Source: an uncultured Candidatus Saccharibacteria bacterium (lineage in GTDB: Bacteria > Patescibacteriota > Minisyncoccia > Phycocordibacterales > UBA918). From it: a stretch of DNA of 64,000 nt. Shown one piece after another: positions 47,786 to 56,784 of the stretch; position 1 is the first letter of the stretch; each line of letters begins with the position of its first letter. The notes below the pieces were generated by a model. The model searched no databases. It was not told the origin of the DNA and saw only the letters and a list, made by a program, of their open reading frames with translations. The position numbers were made by a program, and so were the translations under genes. The stretch lies in NCBI GenBank assembly GCA_964350645.1, contig CAYGJY010000002.1, positions 33,538 to 97,537 of the forward strand. Direction: 5' to 3'.

Positions 47786-48163
47786 TTATGATTTTGTTAA
47801 AAAGCTATTAAGAATAATTGCTGCCGCTGAGGCGTCCGTAAGTTCGTTTTTATCTTGCCACAGGAGTGCCTCTTGGGTCGTATAGTGCTCTGGCTGCAAG
47901 TGTACCGGTACGCCCGTGTGCAGAGTTATATCCGTGACCAGTTCCTCAACCTGGCTATGAATGTTGTTTGGTTTACCATCTCGCCCGAGTGAATGACCAA
48001 TCACCACTTCCCCTACCCCTTCTTTCTCAATCAATGTCACGATTGTTTTCAAGAACTGAGCATCGCTTTTAATGACACTATGTGGAAATGCCATAGATCC
48101 AGTCTCATCAGATAAGGCTAAGCCAATCTTTTTACTCCCAAAATCAATTCCTAAATACCGCAT
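47786..48163 (-). CDS. ruvX: YqgF/RuvX pre-16S rRNA nuclease
   Basis: YLGIDFGSKKIGLALSD, E.YTT.EA, DASAAAIIL. Confidence 0.92.
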   Translation of the reverse strand: MRYLGIDFGSKKIGLALSDETGSMAFPHSVIKSDAQFLKTIVTLIEKEGVGEVVIGHSLGRDGKPNNIHSQVEELVTDITLHTGVPVHLQPEHYTTQEALLWQDKNELTDASAAAIILNSFLTKS

Positions 48164-48234
48164 CCGACCAGAATACCATAGTTGGAAAATATGTACTTTT
48201 CTGCTACTATCCTCACACATTAAGGAACCAGTGC

Positions 48235-48321
48235 GGAGGGATGGCTGAGTGGTTGAAGGCGGCGGTCTTGAAAACCGTTAAGGGTGAAAGCTCTTCGAGG
48301 GTTCGAATCCCTCTCCCTCCG
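48235..48321 (+). tRNA. tRNA-Ser (TGA)
   Basis: GGAGGGA/TCCCTCC acceptor, loop CT-TGA-AA, long variable arm. Confidence 0.95.
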
Positions 48322-48425
48322 CACTGTTTCTTTAAGGAACGAACAAGACCTGCCCTAGGGCAGGTCTTGTTCGTTCCTGCAAATACTGTACTCAATTGTA
48401 AAACTAATCATGCTAAAATATTTCC

Positions 48426-48896
48426 ATGGCAGACCAAGCTCGTTCAATTACCTGGGAAGCTCCTGAACATCACCATATTGAAAAAGGTGGTGATTGGTTT
48501 TGGGCATTATGGATTGTCTCGCTCTCAGCAGCGGTAGCAGCCGTTTTTTTTGGTAACGCACTACTCGGTATTCTCCTTGTTATTGCAGCGGCAGTAATGG
48601 CCCTCGTTGCCAACAAAGAACCTGAAATTATTCAGTTTGCGGTTACCTCACGTGGCCTACGTGTTGGTGGCACACTATACCCCTACAGTACCCTTGATGC
48701 TTTTTATATTGATGAAGATTCACCGCGCGGTCCTGAGCTCCTCGCCCGTTCAAAACGACTCTTTATGCACATGATTGTAATGCCTCTACCTGAAGACTAT
48801 ATTGATGACATTGAAGATATCTTGGAGTTGCGCTTACCAGAAGAACACATGGAAGAACCATTCGCTACTAAGCTGATGGAGATTGTTGGTTTTTAA
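48426..48896 (+). CDS. hypothetical two-TM protein
   Basis: W.APEH...EK..DWFW, two TMs, PH-like C-terminal part. Confidence 0.7.
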   Translation: MADQARSITWEAPEHHHIEKGGDWFWALWIVSLSAAVAAVFFGNALLGILLVIAAAVMALVANKEPEIIQFAVTSRGLRVGGTLYPYSTLDAFYIDEDSPRGPELLARSKRLFMHMIVMPLPEDYIDDIEDILELRLPEEHMEEPFATKLMEIVGF

Positions 48897-48956
48897 AGCC
48901 AAAGTCTGTACTCATTATTATTTTGTGGTATTATCGCACCACTCAGTTGAGTCAAC

Positions 48957-49028
48957 GCTCTCGTAGTTTAATGGATAAAATATCGGTTTGCGGTACCGAT
49001 GCTCCAGGTTCGACTCCTGGCGAGAGCA
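48957..49028 (+). tRNA. tRNA-Arg (GCG)
   Basis: GCTCTCG/CGAGAGC acceptor, TCGGT-TTGCGGT-ACCGA anticodon arm. Confidence 0.93.
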
Positions 49029-49082
49029 CGAGTATAAAAAAGAGCCCCTCTTGGGACCTTTTTTGTTACCTTATGGTTGTAG

Positions 49083-50456
49083 CTACTTTTGTCGCGAGAC
49101 TGATTTGATTTGGCACAGTTGACGCAATCCAATGACCCCGTGTTCACGTCCCATACCAGAATTTTTATAGCCCCCAAACGGCATCTCTCGACTAAAAGGC
49201 GCTTTCGCACCAACTTTCAAACCTCCGGCTTCAATAGCTCGGGCAATTTGCAGACCACGCTCATAATCTTCTGTTAACACCATTGCGTTGAGACCATACT
49301 CAGTATCATTTGCAAACTCCACCGCTTCTTCATCAGTTGCAAAAGAAACAATCGGTAAAATTGGAGCAAACGTTTCCTCTCGCCAAATCCTCATATCAAC
49401 CGTTACCTTTGTACATACAACTGGCTGCACATATGCTCCTGTCAAACCTTCTAGACTTGCTCCTCTATATATCTCTGCCCCTTTTTGATCAGCATCTGCA
49501 ATTTGTTCCAATGCTAGTTTTTGCTGACGAGCGGCGGTTAATGGGCCGAGAGTAATCGTCTCGTCATTTGGATCTCCCACTGATAGAGTACTGAGTTTTG
49601 CTTGCATCTTAGCTACAAATTCATCATAGACTCTTTCGTGCACGATAGCTCTTTTTACTGCAGTACAGACCTGCCCACAATGCGTGAAACGAGCATTACA
49701 AACAGTTTCAACTGCTTGATCAATATCGACATCTTCCAACACCACTGCTGGACTTGAACCACCTAGCTCCATAAGTGCAGGGATAAATTTTTCACCAGCT
49801 TTTTTATATAAATATTTTCCAGTCTTTGTACTTCCCGTAAACCAGATCATGTCTATAGCTTGATCAGTGAGCACATCACCAACCTGTCCATCACCATGTA
49901 CAACTGAAAAAACTCCCTCAGGAAACGCCGCTTGACTAAACACCTCTTCAATAAACACACCCATCAATGGACACTCTTCAGATGTTTTAAATACTACTGT
50001 ATTACCAGCCAGAAGGTTCGGCACAATTCCCCACATCGCCATTCCAAATGGATAATTCCACGGACTGATAACCGCAACAGTCCCCCACGGCTCATACTCA
50101 ACCTGACACACATATGTGTCACCCTCATCAAGCACTTGAGGACATAGTGCTTTTTCAACATTAACGAGGCACCACTCCACGTGGCCAAGATAGTACTCCA
50201 TTTCGTTCCGAGAATTAGTAATGGTCTTGCCAACTTCTTGAGTAATGAGTTTTGCGATATCTTCTTTCTTATCAAGAAAAATATCATAAGCTTTCTGAAC
50301 TAACTCAGCTCGATCTTTTATACTCGTGTTTTTCCAAACAGTTTTAGCCTGATGTGCACTGGCGACTTTTTGCTCAATTTCTTGGTTGGTAGAAATTGTC
50401 ACCTCACCAATAACCTCATAATTCTTTGCAGGATTTGTTGATAGTAATGTATTCAT
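49083..50456 (-). CDS. NAD(P)-dependent aldehyde dehydrogenase
   Basis: ISPWNYP, FTGST, MELGG, GQVCTA, EETFAP, PFGGYKNSG.GRE. Confidence 0.93.
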   Translation of the reverse strand: MNTLLSTNPAKNYEVIGEVTISTNQEIEQKVASAHQAKTVWKNTSIKDRAELVQKAYDIFLDKKEDIAKLITQEVGKTITNSRNEMEYYLGHVEWCLVNVEKALCPQVLDEGDTYVCQVEYEPWGTVAVISPWNYPFGMAMWGIVPNLLAGNTVVFKTSEECPLMGVFIEEVFSQAAFPEGVFSVVHGDGQVGDVLTDQAIDMIWFTGSTKTGKYLYKKAGEKFIPALMELGGSSPAVVLEDVDIDQAVETVCNARFTHCGQVCTAVKRAIVHERVYDEFVAKMQAKLSTLSVGDPNDETITLGPLTAARQQKLALEQIADADQKGAEIYRGASLEGLTGAYVQPVVCTKVTVDMRIWREETFAPILPIVSFATDEEAVEFANDTEYGLNAMVLTEDYERGLQIARAIEAGGLKVGAKAPFSREMPFGGYKNSGMGREHGVIGLRQLCQIKSVSRQK

Positions 50457-50517
50457 TACTATCTAGTATATATAAACAAAAGAACGGCGCCATAGGCGCC
50501 GTTCTTTTGTTATTCTC

Positions 50518-50787
50518 TTAACTAGTCTTTGCTTTCTTAATCGCAGCAGCGAGTCGTGACTTCTTACGGTCGGCGGTATTATCTTTGATAACTCCTCGCT
50601 TAGCGGCCTTATCAATGGCTTTCGCTGCAGTTGGCATCAAGGCCTCAGCAGCAGTAGCGTCTCCAGCAACAATCAGCTTGCGCATTTTCTTCACCACGTC
50701 ATTCATCGTATCTTTTCGGCGAATGTTAAACACTCGCTTTCGTAGCGATGCTCGGTGGGCTTTTTCTGCTCCTTTAGTAATTGGCAT
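50518..50787 (-). CDS. rpsT: 30S ribosomal protein S20
   Basis: KAIDKAAKRGVIK.NTADRKKSRL. Confidence 0.95.
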   Translation of the reverse strand: MPITKGAEKAHRASLRKRVFNIRRKDTMNDVVKKMRKLIVAGDATAAEALMPTAAKAIDKAAKRGVIKDNTADRKKSRLAAAIKKAKTS

Positions 50788-50885
50788 ATGTTTGTTTTAG
50801 TGGCCGAAACTATACCTCAGCCGTCTAAAAAAAGCAATGCTTTCAGAGCCAACCCCCAAGACAGACTGTAGTATACTAGCCATAT

Positions 50886-51473
50886 ATGATTCGACAGCTC
50901 AATGGAATTGTTTCTGGCCACAGTATCGATTCTGTCGTTATTAATGTCCAAGGCGTTGGTTACCTAGTTCGAACCAGCATCGCTGGCACTAGCTACCCCG
51001 TCGGTAGTGAGATTTCTCTCCATACCTATTTAGCAGTACGCGAGACCGCGCTCGACCTCTACGGCTTTCAGCTTCAAGACGAACTCGATGTATTTGAACT
51101 ATTGCTTACTCTCCCGAAGATCGGACCGAAATCAGCTATCCAAATCCTAGCTCAAGCTGATATCACTCTCCTCAAAGAAGCGGTGCGTAACCAGGACGCT
51201 ACGTATTTATCTAAGATGTCCGGGATTGGAAAGAAGAGCGCTGAAAAAATTGTCATGGGACTTAAAGATAAACTCGAAGACGCCGACGCTGCATTTGCTG
51301 AACAAACTGCAAGCGCTACTGCCGCAAACACTCATACCAGTGACACAATTGATGCACTCATCTCACTGGGGTACACACCTAATGATGCCCGTAAGGCTGT
51401 CCAACAAATCTCACCTGAAATCACCAACGCCAACGACGCGGTCCGTGAAGCCTTGAAGATCCTCAGTCAATAG
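50886..51473 (+). CDS. ruvA: Holliday junction branch migration protein RuvA
   Basis: GVGY, VRE..LDLYGF, IGPKSA, GIGKKSAEKI, ALISLGY. Confidence 0.95.
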   Translation: MIRQLNGIVSGHSIDSVVINVQGVGYLVRTSIAGTSYPVGSEISLHTYLAVRETALDLYGFQLQDELDVFELLLTLPKIGPKSAIQILAQADITLLKEAVRNQDATYLSKMSGIGKKSAEKIVMGLKDKLEDADAAFAEQTASATAANTHTSDTIDALISLGYTPNDARKAVQQISPEITNANDAVREALKILSQ

Positions 51474-51551
51474 ACAACCTTATTGATTATGTGGTCTGCC
51501 CGAACTCTCCTCTGGCCAAGACCACCTCCGAAGCCGTATACTAAAACCATT

Positions 51552-52838
51552 ATGGGAACGATTTTATATTGGATCAAACGCTGTATTCCGGGACCTGTCT
51601 TGGATGTTGTTCGTCCACCATATCATTTGGCGCTCGCCTACATTGGAGCAGCCTGGTACCGTCACCCCTCTAAAGAACTCACGGTGATTGCAGTCACTGG
51701 TACTAAAGGCAAATCAACGGTTACTGAGTTGATCCGTACAATTCTTGAAGCTGACGGTAAAAATGTTGCTTCGCTCTCAACTATTCAATTCAAAACTGGC
51801 GATACAACTGAACGAAATTTGTACAAAATGACTCTCCCTGGTCGTTTCTTTCTGCAGCGATTTTTGCGCGACGCAGTCACTGCTGGCTGCACTTATGCCG
51901 TAGTTGAAATGACCTCAGAAGGGGCTAAACAGTATCGCCACAAATTTGTACACCTGGATGCGCTGGTCTTTACTAATCTTACTCCTGAACACATCGAATC
52001 CCACGGCTCGTTTGAAAATTACAAAAATGCTAAGTTGGCGATTGCAAAACAGTTAAAAGCTTCTGGCAAACAACCTCGCTATATCGTCGCTAATACCGAC
52101 AACGAACACGGCGTTGATTTTCTCAATATCGAGGTTGAGGAGAAGCTACCGTACGGTTTAAAGTCACTCAAGTTACATACATTGCACAAAGACGGCATTA
52201 GTCTAATTTTTACTGCTAACCAAGAAGAAGTGACTATCCGGGTACCTTTGGTCGGTCTCTTCAATGTCTACAACACCCTCGCAGCAATCACCCTCACACA
52301 AGCAATGGGGGTCTCACTCAAAACAATCGAAACTGCCCTACGAGCACTGTCTCCGATCAAGGGTCGCGTGGAACACTTTTATTCACCAAGCAGTGCCACC
52401 AAACAAGTTACAGCTATCGTTGATTACGCTCATACCCCTGATTCACTCGAACAACTTTACAAAGCTTTTAAAGACGTTCCGAAGGTTGGTATCCTTGGAA
52501 ACACCGGCGGCGGACGCGATACGTGGAAGCGGCCAGAAATGGCGGCGATTGCGGAACGCTATTGTGACTTTATTATTCTTACCAATGAAGACCCCTATGA
52601 TGAGAACCCCCATAAAATTGTCGAGGACATGGCTAAGGGCATCGAGGATAAAAGTAAGTTAGAAATTATTATGGATCGCCGCGCAGCTATCGCAGCTGCC
52701 CTCCAGAAATGTCCAAGTGGTGGCTACGTACTCATCTCCGGCAAAGGGACTGACCCCTATATCATGGGGCCCCATAATTCACGGCAACCGTGGAGTGACG
52801 CTGAGGTAGTGCAAGAGGAATTAGCGAAACTTTCATAA
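51552..52838 (+). CDS. murE: UDP-N-acetylmuramyl-tripeptide synthetase (MurE family)
   Basis: VTGTKGKST, EMTS, FTNL.PEH, VDYAHTPD, GGGRD..KR, GKG. Confidence 0.9.
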   Translation: MGTILYWIKRCIPGPVLDVVRPPYHLALAYIGAAWYRHPSKELTVIAVTGTKGKSTVTELIRTILEADGKNVASLSTIQFKTGDTTERNLYKMTLPGRFFLQRFLRDAVTAGCTYAVVEMTSEGAKQYRHKFVHLDALVFTNLTPEHIESHGSFENYKNAKLAIAKQLKASGKQPRYIVANTDNEHGVDFLNIEVEEKLPYGLKSLKLHTLHKDGISLIFTANQEEVTIRVPLVGLFNVYNTLAAITLTQAMGVSLKTIETALRALSPIKGRVEHFYSPSSATKQVTAIVDYAHTPDSLEQLYKAFKDVPKVGILGNTGGGRDTWKRPEMAAIAERYCDFIILTNEDPYDENPHKIVEDMAKGIEDKSKLEIIMDRRAAIAAALQKCPSGGYVLISGKGTDPYIMGPHNSRQPWSDAEVVQEELAKLS

Positions 52839-52875
52839 ATAAGAAACGGCCGGGAGCAAAGCTCCCGGCCGTTTC

Positions 52876-53358
52876 TTATTTGAAAAACAATACAATCCCT
52901 GCTGCCACCGACACATTTAAAGATTCCTTCATACCCACCATGGGGATCTCGACTACTGCGTCACAGGCGGCGATTATCTCTGCCGGCACACCTGTTGTTT
53001 CCGCGCCAAATACATAAGCGACGTGCTCTGGCACAGTGAAATCATAGAGAGGCGTACTGTGAGTAGTTTGCTCAACCGCGACAACCTTCATACCCTGCTC
53101 CTTAAGGCGGGCGATGAGTTCTAAGGTAGCCCGAAGTGATTCATCGCCCGCCTCCCCGACATGCTCCCACGCTACTGACTGACTAGCCCCGAGCGACGTT
53201 TTTTGAATTTCTGGCTGTACCCGACCAAATCGGTCAGTCGGCAATGGTGTAGGTCCAACCAGATAGATCTTGTCTACCCCTGCCCCGTCACTGGTTCGAA
53301 AAATTGACCCAACATTATGGGCACTACGGATGTTGTATAAAATTACAAATGTAGCCAT
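52876..53358 (-). CDS. TrmH/SpoU family RNA methyltransferase
   Basis: NVGSIFRT, VFGAE..G, IPM.G.KESLNVSVA. Confidence 0.92.
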   Translation of the reverse strand: MATFVILYNIRSAHNVGSIFRTSDGAGVDKIYLVGPTPLPTDRFGRVQPEIQKTSLGASQSVAWEHVGEAGDESLRATLELIARLKEQGMKVVAVEQTTHSTPLYDFTVPEHVAYVFGAETTGVPAEIIAACDAVVEIPMVGMKESLNVSVAAGIVLFFK

Positions 53359-53394
53359 GTACTAGAAATATAAAAAAGAGTCTGGGTGGGGCGC

Positions 53395-53781
53395 CTACGG
53401 CGGCGCCCCACCAGAACCCGCCGGAACGATGAAGGGAAAGACTACCCAAAGTGTCTGCCCCATCCTCGTCTTGACCCGCACAGTGCCAGGCTTGAAGCGA
53501 TCGACGGCGGTCTTTCTAAACCCAACTGGGTCAGGGGTAGGTATACCTACCCACCCGCACTTCGTTTCTTCCAGGTGCTGACTTGCCAAGACAAGGGCAG
53601 CTTCACGATCGGTCTGGACAAGTTGGCTCACTTGCGTGGCCACCGCCTTATCATCACAACCGAATACCTGGTAGCTTTCAGTCTGGGGCACTTCCTCTAT
53701 CACAACCTTACCCCAGACAACCTGCGGGTAAAGGGGTATAGTCAGGAGTTTGACAATGAACAAAATCCGGATCATCTGCAT
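53395..53781 (-). CDS. orphan exported hypothetical protein
   Basis: signal-like N-terminus, two Cys, GAAGGGAG upstream, ends in GC hairpin 53381-53414. Confidence 0.5.
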   Translation of the reverse strand: MQMIRILFIVKLLTIPLYPQVVWGKVVIEEVPQTESYQVFGCDDKAVATQVSQLVQTDREAALVLASQHLEETKCGWVGIPTPDPVGFRKTAVDRFKPGTVRVKTRMGQTLWVVFPFIVPAGSGGAPP

Positions 53782-53870
53782 CTCCCTTCTGGGCTTTTCT
53801 GTCGCTGCTCGACTTCGCTAGCCTACCGAAAAAAATCTATTTTGTCACGAGAGCGTGCTACACTTTTTCT

Positions 53871-54269
53871 ATGCTTAATCCATTTCCCATCCAATTTCTC
53901 GCCCTCTTTGCTTATTTTATCTTGCGTTTTTTTGTTGGTGCAATCTTAATCTACCTCGGCTTCTCTCACTTGCGCGCGCGTCATGAACTCCAAGAAATAC
54001 TCCAATTATCGTGGTGGCCGTTTGGTAAAATTTCAACTTTTCTCCTTATCACTGCCGAACTCTTCCTTGGTACCCTTATCTTGGCTGGAGCGTTTACCCA
54101 GTTCGCCGTACTAATACTTATGGGCTTATGTATTGAAATGCTCATCCTTCGTCAACATTTCAACCATCCGACCCTACCCCCCAAAATCTTCTACCTCCTC
54201 CTTTTTGCCGCCTCCCTCTCCCTCTTCATTACTGGCGCTGGTGTTTTAGCAATTGATTTACCAATTTAG
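53871..54269 (+). CDS. DoxX-like membrane protein
   Basis: ILR...G, AEL..G..IL.G..TQ, TGAG..AID. Confidence 0.75.
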   Translation: MLNPFPIQFLALFAYFILRFFVGAILIYLGFSHLRARHELQEILQLSWWPFGKISTFLLITAELFLGTLILAGAFTQFAVLILMGLCIEMLILRQHFNHPTLPPKIFYLLLFAASLSLFITGAGVLAIDLPI

Positions 54270-54286
54270 TTTTGTATAGTGAATAG

Positions 54287-55213
54287 ATGAAACCATTTAA
54301 AAAAGCCCTCATATACGAATTTGAAGGAGATACTGGCTTAAGTGAGATGGCCAAAGAATATGCTGAAGAAGCGACTATCATCACAGCCTCTGATGACTAT
54401 CAGAATGTGATCACTGCAGCTCACTTCAAAGGAGTGGATTTTTTCTTAGCTGGAGTGTTTGATGATTATAAAAACGAGTACTACGACTTAGGTACACTCA
54501 AATTTGTCTGCATTGACTGGACTGGCACTGACAACATAGATCATCAGTTTTTAGTTAACAATGGCGTCACGTTTATGAATACACGTGGTCAAGCGACTGA
54601 GGGTGTTGCCGAACTAATGCTCAACATGACGTTCAACTTACTCCGTAAAACACCCGAAGCGCTGTCCTATGCCAAAGCTGACGGGGACAGCTTTAATGGC
54701 TTCAAAGGGCATGAACTGGGTTCACGTACTGTCGCTATTAGAGGACTGGGTGATATTGGTCGTCGATATGCAGAAATGTGCAACTTCTTTGGCGCCGAGA
54801 TTAAATACTCATCTCGAACTGAAAAAAATGTCTCTTATGACTTAGTAGATTTCACTGAGTTAACTAATGGTGCCGACATCTTTGCCAATACAACAGATTT
54901 AAACACTGACACTACCAATAGCATCAAAAAAGAACACCTAGAGGGTCTCAATCAAGATGCGATCATATTGAGCCCGGGAATCTTTCAAGCTTTTGTAGCT
55001 GATGATCTGTATGATTTCTTGTGTGAGCGTCCAGATGTAAAATTCTGGTGGGATGCAAATCAATCTGAAGAATGGGTGGCAAACAAAGATAAATTCTTGG
55101 CTTTATCTAATGTATACGTAACCCCTCACACTGGTTTCTTTACACACGAAAACCGCCCACGTGCTCTTAAGCTGGTTAAGGAGAATATTGAAAAATATCT
55201 AGAAAAGAATTAG
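54287..55213 (+). CDS. D-2-hydroxyacid dehydrogenase family protein (divergent)
   Basis: G.DNID, VAE, G.EL...TV.I.GLGDIG, NVYVTPH. Confidence 0.8.
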   Translation: MKPFKKALIYEFEGDTGLSEMAKEYAEEATIITASDDYQNVITAAHFKGVDFFLAGVFDDYKNEYYDLGTLKFVCIDWTGTDNIDHQFLVNNGVTFMNTRGQATEGVAELMLNMTFNLLRKTPEALSYAKADGDSFNGFKGHELGSRTVAIRGLGDIGRRYAEMCNFFGAEIKYSSRTEKNVSYDLVDFTELTNGADIFANTTDLNTDTTNSIKKEHLEGLNQDAIILSPGIFQAFVADDLYDFLCERPDVKFWWDANQSEEWVANKDKFLALSNVYVTPHTGFFTHENRPRALKLVKENIEKYLEKN

Positions 55214-55216
55214 TTG

Positions 55217-55289
55217 TCCGCCCTCAAGGACTTGAACCTTGGACCATCTCCTTAAAAGGGAGCTGCTCTACCAACTGAGCTAAGGGCGG
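55217..55289 (-). tRNA. tRNA-Lys (TTT)
   Basis: reverse strand CCGCCCT/AGGGCGG acceptor, loop CT-TTT-AA, GGTTCAAGTCC. Confidence 0.93.
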
Positions 55290-55352
55290 ATTTATGTCGG
55301 GAACTATATCATATTGAATAAAAAAATCGAGATCTGCTATAGTGATGCACTA

Positions 55353-56090
55353 ATGAGTCACTTCCCTCCTAACATTGTTAGTGCCACTTCAACCATCGCT
55401 GACGGTAACATGTCATTTCTCTGTGACGAACAACCAAGCGTGATCAAAAACCGTGGTCAGTTTTTAGCACAACATTGTGTACCTTTCGCACAGCATGTCT
55501 GCATGGCGTGTAATAACGGCCAAACCATTCTCGCAGTCACCAGCAACACACCAGGGGTAGGTGCGGAAGGTCACTCAAAAATGCCGAATGCAGAAGTACT
55601 CGTCACCCGTGAAACGAACTTGGCTCTTATGCTTCTCACTGCTGACTGCATCCCCGCTAGTTTTTATGATCCGGTACAAAAAGTAATTGCGCTGGCCCAT
55701 CTCAATCGCCACACCGTCGCTTTCAATCTTGCCCAAAAGACTGTCGCGTACCTGCAACAACACTATCAGTCACAGTCAACTGATCTCTTGGTGTACTTTG
55801 GACCGCATATCCAAGTCGATTCGTACCAGTTCCCACTACCCTTAGATACCCCTCCTGCAGCACAATTAGCTGACTTCGTCATGAAACAGAACGACCAGGT
55901 AAAAATTGACCTCCAAGGTGCTTTCAAACATCAGCTCATCAAAGCTGGCGTACCTAAAACAAATATTACTGTTTCAGCATCAGACACCGGACAATCCGAT
56001 CGCTACTTTTCTCATTACCGCAGTACGAGAAATTCGGACCATCCCGCTGGCCGAATGGCTACAATTCTCATGATGCACGATCCTGCATAA
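55353..56090 (+). CDS. PgeF/YfiH (laccase-like, purine nucleoside phosphorylase) family protein
   Basis: GNMS, LTADCIP, GPHI, YFSHYR, GRM. Confidence 0.85.
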   Translation: MSHFPPNIVSATSTIADGNMSFLCDEQPSVIKNRGQFLAQHCVPFAQHVCMACNNGQTILAVTSNTPGVGAEGHSKMPNAEVLVTRETNLALMLLTADCIPASFYDPVQKVIALAHLNRHTVAFNLAQKTVAYLQQHYQSQSTDLLVYFGPHIQVDSYQFPLPLDTPPAAQLADFVMKQNDQVKIDLQGAFKHQLIKAGVPKTNITVSASDTGQSDRYFSHYRSTRNSDHPAGRMATILMMHDPA

Positions 56091-56766
56091 GGTGACGAAA
56101 AATATTCCCTACCACTCCAATTAATACACCGAACAAAATCAGACCAACCATACGAGTAAATACATATAAAACCTGCCCTACCGCGGTAGCTGGTTCAACA
56201 ACTTCGATACTGCCGAGGAACACCCGCAGTGACCACCACATGGCAGCGGGAATACTTAAAAATGTTTCGTTGCCACCCTCAAACACATAGAGTAGTGTCC
56301 CAGAAGTCAGAAGAGCAATACCCAGCAGTACTATATAGATCAAAATATTAAAAGAGTAGACACCGAGATTATCGTCGAGGCTGCTCACCTTCCCGAGCTT
56401 AGCGAGTCGTAGAATTCGCAATAGACGAATTATGCGTAAAGCCCGGACAGACTTGAGGAAGGTAAAATTTCCTAGGCCAATCACTGTAGGCAAAATAGCA
56501 ATGAGATCAATTAATCCATAGAAGCTAAAGATATAGCCCCGTTTTTTCTTTGCAACATACAGGCGAGAAAGATACTCAGTAGTAAAAATAAAAACGGCAC
56601 ACAACTCAATTACAACAAACCACTTCTGATACGCAGTGAGACTCGGCATAGTCTCCATAAGCAAACTGATGATTGAAACAATCGTTACTACCGCCAAGAT
56701 ATCTGCAACCAAAAAATAGTGTGGGTCTTTGGGGTCTTCCAAGATTCGTCTGAGTTTTAGTTTCAT
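56068..56766 (-). CDS. voltage-gated ion channel-like protein with non-canonical pore loop
   Basis: FT.EY..R, IDLIAILP, S4 VRALRIIRLLRILRL, F.SIPAAMWW; no TVGYG. Confidence 0.85.
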   Translation of the reverse strand: MKLKLRRILEDPKDPHYFLVADILAVVTIVSIISLLMETMPSLTAYQKWFVVIELCAVFIFTTEYLSRLYVAKKKRGYIFSFYGLIDLIAILPTVIGLGNFTFLKSVRALRIIRLLRILRLAKLGKVSSLDDNLGVYSFNILIYIVLLGIALLTSGTLLYVFEGGNETFLSIPAAMWWSLRVFLGSIEVVEPATAVGQVLYVFTRMVGLILFGVLIGVVGNIFRHLMQDRAS

Positions 56767-56784
56767 ACCAAAAGTATAACAGTC

